Positions 37,200 through 48,818 of a stretch of DNA of 64,000 nucleotides are shown here, piece after piece. Under the pieces are notes generated by a model. That model was not told the DNA's origin. It was given only the letters and a program-made list of their open reading frames with translations, and made no database searches. The position numbers were made by a program, and so were the translations under genes. The number at the start of each line of letters is the position of its first letter. Position 1 is the first letter of the stretch. Source of the DNA: Alloascoidea hylecoeti (taxonomy: Eukaryota); the NCBI GenBank assembly GCA_001600815.1, contig BCKZ01000004.1:248001-312000 (forward strand), read 5' to 3'.

Positions 37200-38133
37200 T
37201 TTTGTGTGATTGAAATAATATGACGGACACAATTGATAAATACCCAGGAAATAGTGAAATTTATAATCAATAACTATAAGATGATCATTAAAAGAAGATC
37301 ATTAATATTCATTATGAGATGATTTTGAACGAAATATACATGCACACTTACTATAGTGTTGTAATTAGTTATAATAGGAATAATCATACGGTTAACATTA
37401 TAATTATTATTTAAACTTAACATTTTAATCTGCATGATTTATTAGGAAAAAAAGATATATGCAGTGCGTATGCCCCACTGCAAATTACATAATAAGCGCC
37501 AATATTTAATCTACTGTCTCATATAAAGCTGAAATTAATGTATTCACAAGTTTATATGAACTTTTCGTCATCGCATGTGGAATTACAAGCGAAACAAATC
37601 ATTTAGTCAATTATATATTGTTACCTCATACGGTATATAAAAAACCGTGGGTAATCGGAATATGTTTTTAGATAACAATTGTTAATAAGATTCAATTTAG
37701 ATTAATGATTTATTGCGAGATTATTCGATATATCCAAATATAACTGGTTAATTCAATATATTGTGTGATATATTAAAGCAAAACCCGTTAATTAATAGCT
37801 GGTTCAATATCACGAAACACAACAGGATCTTGCAATTGTAACTCTTTAGAACAAAAAAGCTATCACAATCTGGTTATGAAGAACCACATTTATAGATTTG
37901 CAACTTATTGAAACAAGTATATCAATAGGGTTCTTCAAGTTCATAAATTTAAGAAGAATATAAAGGAGATTGAGATTATCTTAAAAGTTAGGAATTATTT
38001 AAAATTTATTGGTCATCGACAGCTACCTATAAATTCAAATATTAATTTCTCTTATTGCTATAAAATATATAATATAAGCTTACTCTAATTTGATCGCATT
38101 TTCTCAACCAGTTAACTTCATCAGAAATCTACT

Positions 38134-39345
38134 ATGTCGATAGGACAAGAATCAACTGGAGATACAATAACAGAAAGTATTTCAAAGACTCATATCCTTT
38201 CCGATCTTAGCATTAAAGATGATCGAACTTGTGAACTAGTGGAAGAATTAAATTTTGTTGATTCCAGTGATGATTCCGATAATGGTGACCAGGTGCAGAC
38301 AGCTCTAATTCTAGAAAACAAATCAGGTCCTTACACTGTCGATAAGAGTTACCCAATACCCGACTTGAAACCAAATGAAATATTGATAAAAATTCAAGTG
38401 ATAGGTCTGAATCCTCTTGACTGGAAAAGTGTTCGTTATGGATTTGGAATTCATTCAACTCCTTGGATCAATGGACGAGAAGGCTCTGGGACTATCGTAA
38501 AAACTTCAGAAGGAGTCAATGGTTTGGAGGTTGGGGATAACGTTTTTATTTGCAGTACAAGTTACAGAGATATCAGAACAAGCACTTTCCAAGAGTATGT
38601 GATAGCAGATTATAGACTTGTTTGGAAAATTCCTTCTGAAATTGATTTGCTAGAAGCTGCTACTCTTGGGGTGGGCCTCGTTACAGCTGGAGTTGTGATT
38701 TTCAATAATTTCAAGTTGTTAAGTTTAGATCATGGGTCAGCTACAGTGAATGAAAATTTAAAGCCTGAAACCAAAAGTGGAGGAAATACCATTCTCATAT
38801 GGGGTGGCTCAAGTGTGGTCGGGATGTATCTAATCCAACTTATAGTGGCTTTGGGTAATAGAGTAATTACAGTTGCTGGTAGTAAGAATAAGGACTACCT
38901 CAAATCGCTCGGGGCTGATGTTGTCATTGATAGACACCAAGATTCAAAAAAAATTTTAGAAGATATAAGGCTCCATTCATCTGAAGGAATAACTCATGCT
39001 GTGGATACTGTTTCGCGTGAAACTTCAGAACTAGTTCTAGTGGCTTTGAAACAAAATAAACCTAATGTTGATAATTACAAACAGAAAGTTGCTTTTCTGG
39101 TATCAAAACCAAAACAAGTTCCTTCCGATATTGATATACAGGATGTTGCAATAAAATCATTTCATGAAGATACTTCATTTGGAACCAAACTTGTTGAGCA
39201 CACCACTGAACTTTTGAGAGAAGGAAAAGTTTATCCTGTACGCTATAAATTATTTAATGAAGGTTTGGAAGATGGAATTAATAAAGGCTTGGAATATTTA
39301 GAGACCTTTGGGGCAAGTGGTGAAAAGATCATTGTAAAGGTATAG
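38134..39345 (+). CDS. Zinc-independent MDR oxidoreductase (enoyl reductase/quinone oxidoreductase, ToxD/YNL134C-like)
   Basis: IGLNPLDWK, FQEY, ILIWGGSSVVG NADPH motif, LKSLGADVVID and SGEKIIV; no catalytic Zn cysteines. Confidence 0.88.
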   Translation: MSIGQESTGDTITESISKTHILSDLSIKDDRTCELVEELNFVDSSDDSDNGDQVQTALILENKSGPYTVDKSYPIPDLKPNEILIKIQVIGLNPLDWKSVRYGFGIHSTPWINGREGSGTIVKTSEGVNGLEVGDNVFICSTSYRDIRTSTFQEYVIADYRLVWKIPSEIDLLEAATLGVGLVTAGVVIFNNFKLLSLDHGSATVNENLKPETKSGGNTILIWGGSSVVGMYLIQLIVALGNRVITVAGSKNKDYLKSLGADVVIDRHQDSKKILEDIRLHSSEGITHAVDTVSRETSELVLVALKQNKPNVDNYKQKVAFLVSKPKQVPSDIDIQDVAIKSFHEDTSFGTKLVEHTTELLREGKVYPVRYKLFNEGLEDGINKGLEYLETFGASGEKIIVKV

Positions 39346-39504
39346 TCTATATAAAATTGAAACAGATATATCTGTATAATTTATAGTATCAAATACTAAT
39401 AAATAATATTAGAGAAGATCACTAAACGATTGATATCCATTTTGTTCGATTCAAATTATAAGCTCGTTATTATAAGATTTAAGCGCTCACATGCAACTAA
39501 CCAG

Positions 39505-39732
39505 AGTGACCATATATTAAGTGTTAAATGGCCGAATATCTATGCGTTAAGTGGTCCAATAATAAGCTGTGTGTGGTCGAACGTTTCATGCAATAAATTG
39601 TCGAACCTCTACACATGATATGGCCAAATAGTTTGTGCATATTGATACATCACGCGATTGAATTATTCATTTAAAATTTGGGTGCATATTTACTAAAAGG
39701 TGGACGAATATAGGCCAACAAGTGGTCGATAT
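39505..39732 (+). repeat. Degenerate tandem array, ~22-24 bp period, core TGGYCGAA
   Basis: Cores at 39507, 39529, 39552, 39574, 39598, 39621, then 39701 and 39723. Confidence 0.6.
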
Positions 39733-40183
39733 TAACGCAGACTGCCGTATGCAGTAACTAATTAAAAATATTTGGCGCGTGTGAAGATTATAAAAGTTGG
39801 TTGTCAGAAGTCAGATCAGATCTGAACTCTTCAACCACAATAATTATGATTAAGTAATTATTTTTATTATTATTCAATTTCAGTTAGCGCTATGATCTAA
39901 ATTAAATCGTGTTCAATATTATTTTTACCTCGATTCCGTTAAGTGTAGTTAATTTATAACTATCATGAATCAATTCTACGAATATTATACTGTAATATGT
40001 GTATTTACGGTAGGAATATATAAACTTATAAGTTATATAATTATGTTTATACCATATAGTTGAGTATATTTCAAGATCATAAAAATAAGAAGCAATGTCA
40101 ATTGCAATATTTAATATATATTTATAAATGGTATAAGTTATATGGTGAACTTGGATATCTACCACTTATAAATACCAGCTTAG

Positions 40184-41926
40184 CTATATTTTTCTGGATG
40201 CAAAAAACATCATGCTTATTTTCGATAATAAGGTGTTACTAAAATAAGTTCTATTAACATAGTCAAGTTCACCATCAATGATAGACATTTTAGCATCATT
40301 TGACCCTGAATTTAGCGCCGTTACTTTTTGCTCTGAATCTGAAAAATTCTTTTTATTAATCAACCACAATGATTCCAGTCCTTCATCTTCAATATTTGAT
40401 TCATTTGCACTTATTAAATATTGTTTCTTTTCATTCAGAATGTTTAAATGCTTATTTAATAATCTTTTGACTTTCCAAAATCTTAGAAATAATAGTGGTA
40501 TAACTCCAACAATATAAACTAATCCAACCAATACCTGTACATCACGATATTCTCTGCTGCCTGAATATTCTGGTTTCCTAATTTTCATTGCAATAACTTC
40601 TCCAAAAACTGATGGGACACCAGCAAAAACAGAAGCAACTGCAAATGCTGATGATAACAATTTCAACGGCACAGAATCTGCAATCATTGGAGGATAATTA
40701 ACAAATGTAACCCCCACCATTAAACCATTAATAAAACCATAAGCAGCCAAACTACTAAAAGTTGTTGCAGGCATCCAGAAAATAAAACAAAGAAGTCCAA
40801 TAATTGAAGTTAGAGTAACAGTTACATTTAGTCTACCGATTTTATCAGATATAAACCCAATTGAAGGGCGACCAACAATCTGTCCTGCACTTAACAAAGC
40901 TAAAATAATGGAACCTTTAGATTGAGATAAACCAATTGCAGTTGCATATGATGCCAATGAAAATTGAAAAACACAAAATCCAATCATTGTTAAAGCAACC
41001 CAAGCACAAATCATTAACACAGGGAAAATTTTTAAAACTGAGGAATCAAAAAGTTTTAATTTTTTCTTTGGTTCATTATTTTTAATCCTTAACTTTTCAT
41101 TATGATCATTTATAATTTTGCTTCTTGAACGAATAAAAGTAACACAAATTAATACCAAAACAATATTCGAGATACCCATATATCTTAAAGCCCATGGTGT
41201 ATCACCAGTTTTATTTATAATTGCTTGGGAAGCTAAATTATAAACTAATCCTCCAACCCCCATTCCACAAGCAGATATACCATTTGCTAATGACCTATGT
41301 TTTTGAAACCATTGAGGTAAAATGATAGTTGGAGGAACATAAATGAACCCCAAACCAATTGAAACGGCAAGCCCTTCACTTAAATATAACTGCCAGATCG
41401 TTTTTGCAAAACTAGCACAAATAAAACCCGTATTCTGTATTACCATACCAATTAGTAGAGTTGGGTGCATGCCAATCTTAATATGTACCATTGTAATCAA
41501 TGGTGTAATAATAAGCGCTACTCCAGTAGCTATACCGCCAATGTAAGCATAGTCTAAGGACGTTGCGTTTTCAAACTTAGATGTGATTAAATAATGATTC
41601 AGAAACACACCATATGAAGCAATACCACCCCAAGCAGCGAAACCAGCAAGAAAAGCACAAAAAGCACAAACCCATCCGTAACCGCCATCAGGAGGTATTG
41701 TTGGGTCATTTTCCAGATTTATTGAATTTGATTCTTCATCGTTAGAATCAGAATTCTGGCAAAATCCTTGATCATGATCAGAAACAGCATTATTAGGAGC
41801 AGGGCAGTTGCTAATATCCATATCTGTTTTCTCATCCTTTCTGGAAGTTACGATTACTAATGGACCATTTGTAGCAGGATCTTCGCCATTTTCACTCTTC
41901 AAATCACCGCCATTAAGTTTAACCAT
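40184..41926 (-). CDS. MFS monocarboxylate-porter homolog (Mch2/Esbp6-like)
   Basis: PPDGGYGW, ASFAKTIWQLYL, LPQWFQKHRSLANGI and GRPSIGFISDKIGRLN motifs; ~12 TM; first ATG at 41926. Confidence 0.9.
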   Translation of the reverse strand: MVKLNGGDLKSENGEDPATNGPLVIVTSRKDEKTDMDISNCPAPNNAVSDHDQGFCQNSDSNDEESNSINLENDPTIPPDGGYGWVCAFCAFLAGFAAWGGIASYGVFLNHYLITSKFENATSLDYAYIGGIATGVALIITPLITMVHIKIGMHPTLLIGMVIQNTGFICASFAKTIWQLYLSEGLAVSIGLGFIYVPPTIILPQWFQKHRSLANGISACGMGVGGLVYNLASQAIINKTGDTPWALRYMGISNIVLVLICVTFIRSRSKIINDHNEKLRIKNNEPKKKLKLFDSSVLKIFPVLMICAWVALTMIGFCVFQFSLASYATAIGLSQSKGSIILALLSAGQIVGRPSIGFISDKIGRLNVTVTLTSIIGLLCFIFWMPATTFSSLAAYGFINGLMVGVTFVNYPPMIADSVPLKLLSSAFAVASVFAGVPSVFGEVIAMKIRKPEYSGSREYRDVQVLVGLVYIVGVIPLLFLRFWKVKRLLNKHLNILNEKKQYLISANESNIEDEGLESLWLINKKNFSDSEQKVTALNSGSNDAKMSIIDGELDYVNRTYFSNTLLSKISMMFFASRKI

Positions 41927-44900
41927 TGGTCCTTTCTTTTGTGTAAATAATTTAAAATCGCTCACCAATTTATTAATATTGTTTTGAGCTGTGGAGCCAA
42001 TTATAGCTATATATATATTATGCTCGTTGATAATGTTTATTAGTCATGTGGAACCATTCGGAGGTTTACTGCATCAATACCGAGATGGAAAACCCCAATA
42101 ATTCAAGAAGTTTTCGTGAAAAAAACAAACTCAATTTCCATCACCTATGTTCAGTTATTACGAAGTAAGTTGTTAAAAACTAATAAACTAAAGAACTAGC
42201 TTATTAGACAGAAATCAATTGTAAGCTCTTCTCTCAATTAAACCCCTTTAACACAGGATTTCTTACTGGATAGTCTACATATATATGTTTCTTCTGTTTT
42301 TTTTCCTTTTATTTTCCTTGCTTCTTTAAAACTACCCAACCCAAAAGCGGAAGATTCGTTTTATATTAGGAAACCTAAATGCCTTTGCGCATAATATTCA
42401 ACACATGATGGATATCACTCTCTTAGTCCTCCACATTAATTACTTTCCGCATAATTAATATATTACCAATTCATACGATCAACACAACACACTATTCATA
42501 GAAAAGAGAGTAAATACATTTCCCTCACAATGACCACGTGAAATCTTAGTATTTTCCTTAAAGCCTCTCCGGAGAACTACGTACATCTCTTTCAACACGG
42601 TGAAAATGAATGCGAAATTGAAAGTTGCAATTGGAGTTTCTATAAGCTAAAAGCTAATACCATTATTCATTATGCACGAGTTGTCTTAATATGCACAAAC
42701 ACAAATCGTACATATTTGGCATACACCTCAGCCTCTCAGGTTGTAAATTTGTAATTAATTCCAGCCGTGAAAGGACATGTAAACCTTATAATTACGGATG
42801 GAAACTTTGATTGGAAAGACCATTTACTTGTAGGACGGGAATGGAGTCATAGACACCCTATTATAATTATTGCTATTCAACCAGTTCTACCAGAAAACAT
42901 AGTTTATCCACTCTTACTTGCCTAAAGCACAACTAATATTATAATGGATTGTCAAAATGTATGAATTGGTTACAATATTATCAAATTCTTCCGATGTCAC
43001 CACAGTCTTTGGTGGACACATTGGAAGTGGTTTTCAGTTCAAGGGGTTTGTGTCCCTGACGCCATCACTTAAAAGTTGTAGTGAGCAGGTGATCTAATTC
43101 TTTTCAAAGTGTAGTGATGGTTTTGGTGACCTTTTCTGATAACTGGTTTCTTAGAGTGTTGACACAACGAAGTTTGAGTGATTACCTCGTTATTGAGCAA
43201 GTATTTCGATTGACATCTCCTCAATTGACTTCGTATGCTCATCGTAGGAATTACTTCAATACTTCATCTAATGGAAGATGAACTTGGTCATATATATCAG
43301 GATTCTAATTCCCCTTTGAATTGGTGACTCCAAATTTTCTTTCAAGTCCGAAGGTGCGGTGTAGTCGTAAGATGGGCGCAGTATTCGCTTCCTGGAATTA
43401 CTCCTCTCTTTCACTTTATCTTGGTGGCAATGGGGTTGCAGGAACACTATAATATAGCACTAGCTACCGAGTAATTGATCTTCTTTAAAAGATTAGGAAG
43501 AATTAATTACCAAAATTACCGCGGCTAAGATTACATAAATTATCATCTAGTTTTACGTAATCTAGAACAGTCATTTCACTTAATTTCGGCCACCTTTTGA
43601 ACTAAACAATTAAATCAAATGGCCCAAACTTCTCCAACTTACTACAAGCATTGATTGGATTGGAGAGGAATTTTATAATTACTACCATCACTTTAAATCT
43701 AGATTGGAACAAAATACAACTGTGGTTGACCCATATGAGCAGTAATTAAGAATAGAGCTTAATCAATGCAACACCAAGATCATGGAGTCACAAAAGGAAA
43801 TTGGCAGTTTGTTAACTTCCAAGAATCAAACTGAAGTGGGGTAAAGATAAGATATTAAAAAGGATTAGATGTTCAAACGAACCAAATCTGTAATTAATTC
43901 GAAAAGGGGTTTTCTTTAGGATCTATTTTAGAGATATCATCCTTAGTTTTAAATTCCGTAGAATTCCGTTTACAAACATCATGAGAAAAACGGAAAGGGT
44001 GACGGCAAGGGTGATGATCACTGCCCAGTGACTACACTTATGAGTATAGTCAATGGTCATAAATATTTCCGGAATGATTCTTGACCTATAGGCCTATAAA
44101 ATGTAGGTAGTTACTAATTATCAGTTACAAGCCTTGAAACATACCCTATTTACCCACAATATATTCCGAGAAGCTCGGACTACAAGCGGATCAAAAAAAC
44201 TACACAATTAAAAGGCTGTCGACCACGGACGCTGGACCACAAGCGCTAACAGCAGTTCACAACTCTCACAAACTTCGAAATGTAACGCAACGATGAATTG
44301 ACTACCAGTCTATGAACTCCCAGGAGTATCCTTTATCTAGCTTAATGTGTACCAAAGAACAAAAACAAAAACAAAAAAAAGGTGTTAGACTAAAATATCA
44401 GATCTGTTAAAAATGTCACACCAAAGATACTAAAGAGATGACTTGTATTAATATGTAAGGGGCAATAAAACGACACTCTTACATGACCAAGAAGTATTAT
44501 AAATAGTTTACTAATCATCATTGTATGAACTTATTAAGATATACCATATGGCAACTTTGTGGGTATAAACTTATAATCACTTATATAATTTAATTTTATT
44601 CTCTGTTCGATATGTTGTTCTGCTCAAAAAAAAACCATTATAAGGCCTTATATATGTAGGTCTCATCACGAAGTGCAAAAGTATTATTTGTTTAATAAGT
44701 TAGATATTGCTAGTGTAGATTAGCCTTATTAAATTTATTGGTTTTAAATTGAACTGTTAAAATTATAATAGTTAAATAAACAAGATTATTAAAAATCTAA
44801 AATTTGAATTCACAGATTTTTAGGTTTGTTAATTATTTGGGCCTCTTAATTTTATATCATTATAATGTGTGGTAAATATGGCTAGAATGACCCATTGACC

Positions 44901-45455
44901 ATGGATCCATGATTAATGTAGTTATTCAGGCAAGAAGGCTAGTTACTGGCTGGCAGTAGCTGCCAATTACAACGTGCCAACAGGATGTTTTTGAAGGCCA
45001 TCTGCAACTAATGTAATAAGGTCTTACCTATTCATAGGGTGAGTTCCTTCTGTTGTCGATCCAACACTAGGACAACCAGAGAGGTTACTGGTAGCTTGTC
45101 CCCCCTTATTTTCTCAGTTAATTATAAATAACGATATAAGTTTTAATTAGTTATAATTATTTAGCACCGTTCTTAACAGTGACTGGTCTTTTGGCATTGG
45201 CACGTACTCTTTATTATGTCATAGCAGAAATCTAAGTGACACTGAATACTGAATTCCCCTATATACTCCATATATTTTATAAACATCCCCTCTTCGGACC
45301 CGTATAGCTATCGTTATACTTCCTCTATCTGCCATACCTCCAAACTAGCCGCCTCTTTCGTCATCTCAGCCATACTGGCCTTTGGAGCTCAATCCGACCA
45401 CTCGGAATTAAAATAAATATTATTATACATAAAAACACATAGAATTGTTTCTGTG

Positions 45456-48395
45456 ATGTCCTCTTCTATGGACTGTTTCTATGATAAAGGGAATTCGCAG
45501 TTTAGCCCTAACTCCAACGAGCTTGACAATGCTACCATCATTCAGGGGTATAACGTTCATCAGATAATCCTGGATAAGCAGAACCCAGGGCACCAAACGA
45601 CCTTTCCTAGCGGGACACAGCAAGTCATTTTAGAGTCACAATACCCAAACAACATAGGAATGGCTTTAGGAACAAGCTCAAGTATTATGGACTCAACTGA
45701 TCAATTTGATACTAATGTTTCAGAGAATGTGGAGGTTGATATGGAAATAAACAATATTAACGAATATGACACGCTGCGACCAATTTCAGCCCAACCTTAT
45801 GTAAATGCCAACATGAATTTTGTTAATAATGCGACCAATCCTACATATAATGACATGTGCTACAACGACCAAGAGGAGGTGTTTTATACCAATGAGGGTG
45901 GGACCAGCAGCTCAAACTTTACTGATACTGCCGATGGTGGGTTCCCTAGAGCACCTTCACCAAGCTCCTGGCCTCCAGTACTATATGATGAAACGCTTAA
46001 TCGAAATACTCCCCCTCCTTCTTTCCCGTCCCAACAGATGTACCAAAGACAGCTTTCGATATCAGTACCTCCAATTCCAGAGTCAATTCCAACACCACAG
46101 GAGATGATGAGTAGTAATTCCATACCAGATTCTACTTATATGTTACGTGATCCAAGTTGTGATACTCAATACGAAATGAACGAAGAAAGACCAATAATAT
46201 TCAACTATGAAAGTGGATATCCTAATGAACCTCCTAAGTTACAAACAGAATACATATCTGAAGATCGGAATTTAGAACCATCATCTCCGTTTCATCAATC
46301 ATCTTCTAAATCCTCATCTGTATTTCGGAACCCAAATTTAAATACAAACTTTAATCACACAAATACAAACTCAAGTTTTACAATGAATAGTAATAGCCTG
46401 TTTAGTTTTGGATCAAATGATGAAAATAATAATCTTTATTCTGAATCTTCAATGTCTGTTCAAATACCAGTTATGACTTCTGAATTAACAAATTATCAAC
46501 CTTTTGGGATTGCAGATCCTTCAAGTGAATCTAATATTATTATTAATGATCAAGAAGAAATAATAGATAAGATAGGAACGAATATTTCTTCTACAGAAGT
46601 TTTTCCAAATATTTCTTTGATAGTGAATCAACCACAATTGGAGTCTCAACCAGCGGAGGATATAATTATAAAGGAACCATTAACAACGGAAGAAGAGATA
46701 AAACGTACTAAATCTATTTATAGAGCAACTTCTAGTGATTCTGTTAGATCGACGGGTTTCTCAAGAATACCGCAAACTATAGAAGAACGAACAATAGAGG
46801 AAGCTATAGATGATACTCATATACATGAATCAACAAGGACAAGCAGTGAAAAAATTACAACAAAAGAATCGAGAAGTCGAAGAAATTCAAGGTCAAGTGA
46901 ACAAGCCACAGGATTACAATCAGAAAAGGGCTTTAAGAAAGATAAGCATCGAGTTAAGAAGAAAAGAAGTAGCATTTCATCAACCCCAGCTATTCCAAAA
47001 GAACAATTGCGGATATTCAGGCCTCAGAAACAAACAATTTTCATAGATAGTACTCCATCGGCATATCCGCAAACAACCAAATCAAGGTCTTCTTCTAGCA
47101 CTGTTTTATCACAATCATCTCAACAAACAGTATTTCGAACATCCAATGGATCATTATCATTTTCAGATAAACCTAATTCTAACTCCAATTCTAGTCCCAA
47201 TTCAAATATTAATTCTAACTCTGTTTATCCCAAACGTCATTCTGTGTCGACTGGACCTCCGCCTAGTATGAATCAATTCACAAGCACAATCTTTCCAAAA
47301 GAAAAATCTTTTTCTTTTATCATGGAAACAGGAAATGGTCAATCAAAGAAGCTCAATAAACGAAAATCAATGAATTTGGATTATGGTTCAAATGGAGGTG
47401 TTTCCAAACCGTTATTAAGACGAGATAAATCTTTTGATAATACCTCACGGAATATGAATTTAAGACGAATGTCTTCAGGCGGGAAGTTACTGCCAAATCA
47501 ACCACGAATGACTTTAAATCCAACCCCTCCCCAAGGGTCTCTACAATTGTCAGTCGTACCTGATCTCAATACACCAAATACAACTACTCCTCCACCATTT
47601 TCATCAGATTCACCAAATGATACTAGTTTAATCTCTCGAAGATCTTCATCACTTTCTGTCTTTTCTGCATCGACAGCTAGTCCGATGAGTACAACTGGCA
47701 TGGAAAAAGCACACCTAACACTTAATCAACAAGTTTTTTTACAAAATGGAGAAATGTTATCTGAGCCAATATCTCCAAGGCAAAAATCAGGTGGGAACAT
47801 CAGGAAGAAATCAAGTGTTGGCATAGGCAATGGTGGAGATTTACCTAGTGATAACTCCTCATCAACAAGAACCAAAAGTGTTAGTAGCATTGAAGATATG
47901 CAATCTAGGATGTTTACATTTTCAGTGAACACTCCAAATAGACAATTTATATCCTCTAACATAGGATCCGGAGCCATACCACCTACAGAAAGCTCTCAAC
48001 GTCGTCCTGAGATCCGACGTCGATCTTCAAACTTAGGCTCATCATCATCTTATACTCCTCAATCAAAATCATCCAGCTCCTCTCCATTGTTAATCACCTC
48101 TGAGAATTCAATGCTTACAGATGGTAGTTCCACATCTCTCAAAACACAATGCTTTAGAACCTCTGCCTCATCATTTCCAACTTCGGCAACAACATCAACA
48201 AAACGTATTGGTCCAATATCTATTACTAGATCATATGTTGATAATGGTATAATCTTTGTCCCACAAGAGGATATGTCACAAAAAGGAGTTACTGTGAAGA
48301 GAAAACATAATAATTTGAGACAACAATGGATTAATTATCAAGTTGATGAACGTCTTTATAAAAATGATAAAGAAAATTCAAAAGAATCAACTTAA
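45456..48395 (+). CDS. Large low-complexity Ser/Thr/Asn/Pro-rich protein of unknown function
   Basis: 979-aa uninterrupted ORF in an AT-rich genome; acidic N-terminal half, basic NLS-like KKDKHRVKKKR, many RRxS motifs; no domain recognised. Confidence 0.8.
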   Translation: MSSSMDCFYDKGNSQFSPNSNELDNATIIQGYNVHQIILDKQNPGHQTTFPSGTQQVILESQYPNNIGMALGTSSSIMDSTDQFDTNVSENVEVDMEINNINEYDTLRPISAQPYVNANMNFVNNATNPTYNDMCYNDQEEVFYTNEGGTSSSNFTDTADGGFPRAPSPSSWPPVLYDETLNRNTPPPSFPSQQMYQRQLSISVPPIPESIPTPQEMMSSNSIPDSTYMLRDPSCDTQYEMNEERPIIFNYESGYPNEPPKLQTEYISEDRNLEPSSPFHQSSSKSSSVFRNPNLNTNFNHTNTNSSFTMNSNSLFSFGSNDENNNLYSESSMSVQIPVMTSELTNYQPFGIADPSSESNIIINDQEEIIDKIGTNISSTEVFPNISLIVNQPQLESQPAEDIIIKEPLTTEEEIKRTKSIYRATSSDSVRSTGFSRIPQTIEERTIEEAIDDTHIHESTRTSSEKITTKESRSRRNSRSSEQATGLQSEKGFKKDKHRVKKKRSSISSTPAIPKEQLRIFRPQKQTIFIDSTPSAYPQTTKSRSSSSTVLSQSSQQTVFRTSNGSLSFSDKPNSNSNSSPNSNINSNSVYPKRHSVSTGPPPSMNQFTSTIFPKEKSFSFIMETGNGQSKKLNKRKSMNLDYGSNGGVSKPLLRRDKSFDNTSRNMNLRRMSSGGKLLPNQPRMTLNPTPPQGSLQLSVVPDLNTPNTTTPPPFSSDSPNDTSLISRRSSSLSVFSASTASPMSTTGMEKAHLTLNQQVFLQNGEMLSEPISPRQKSGGNIRKKSSVGIGNGGDLPSDNSSSTRTKSVSSIEDMQSRMFTFSVNTPNRQFISSNIGSGAIPPTESSQRRPEIRRRSSNLGSSSSYTPQSKSSSSSPLLITSENSMLTDGSSTSLKTQCFRTSASSFPTSATTSTKRIGPISITRSYVDNGIIFVPQEDMSQKGVTVKRKHNNLRQQWINYQVDERLYKNDKENSKEST

Positions 48396-48728
48396 ACTTA
48401 TTACAATCGTGATTGCGATTGTTATTATACACATCTATATTAATGTTTTATTTTTAATCATTTTTTTCTTTCTTTTTCATTTTTTTGTTTGTTTTTGCCT
48501 TTTATAATTAGATCTGCTTTTCAATGATCACAGTTTCTTCATTCATACATGGATTTTTATCTTCTTGACTTTAATGAGTTATCACACATCATAATGACAT
48601 TTGCAATTGACATTAACGTTATATTTGTATATCAAAAAATAGACTGCAGCATAGATATTTCATTTCATTTCTTTACATTTCTTTACATTTCTTTACATTT
48701 CTTTACCTTTTACTTTTCATTCCATGTT

Positions 48729-48818
48729 GTTTTGTTTTGTTTTGTTTTGTTTTGTTTTGTTTTGTTTTGTTTTGTTTTGTTTTGTTTTGTTTTGTTTTGT
48801 TTTGTTTTGTTTTGTTTT
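48729..48818 (+). repeat. (GTTTT)18 microsatellite
   Basis: Read directly; preceded by about three TTTCTTTACA units near 48668-48706. Confidence 0.95.

Noticed and set aside
39505..39732. CRISPR-like interpretation of the periodic array
   Set aside because: The cores are only ~8 bp and degenerate, the period is 23 bp, the context is eukaryotic and there are no cas genes.
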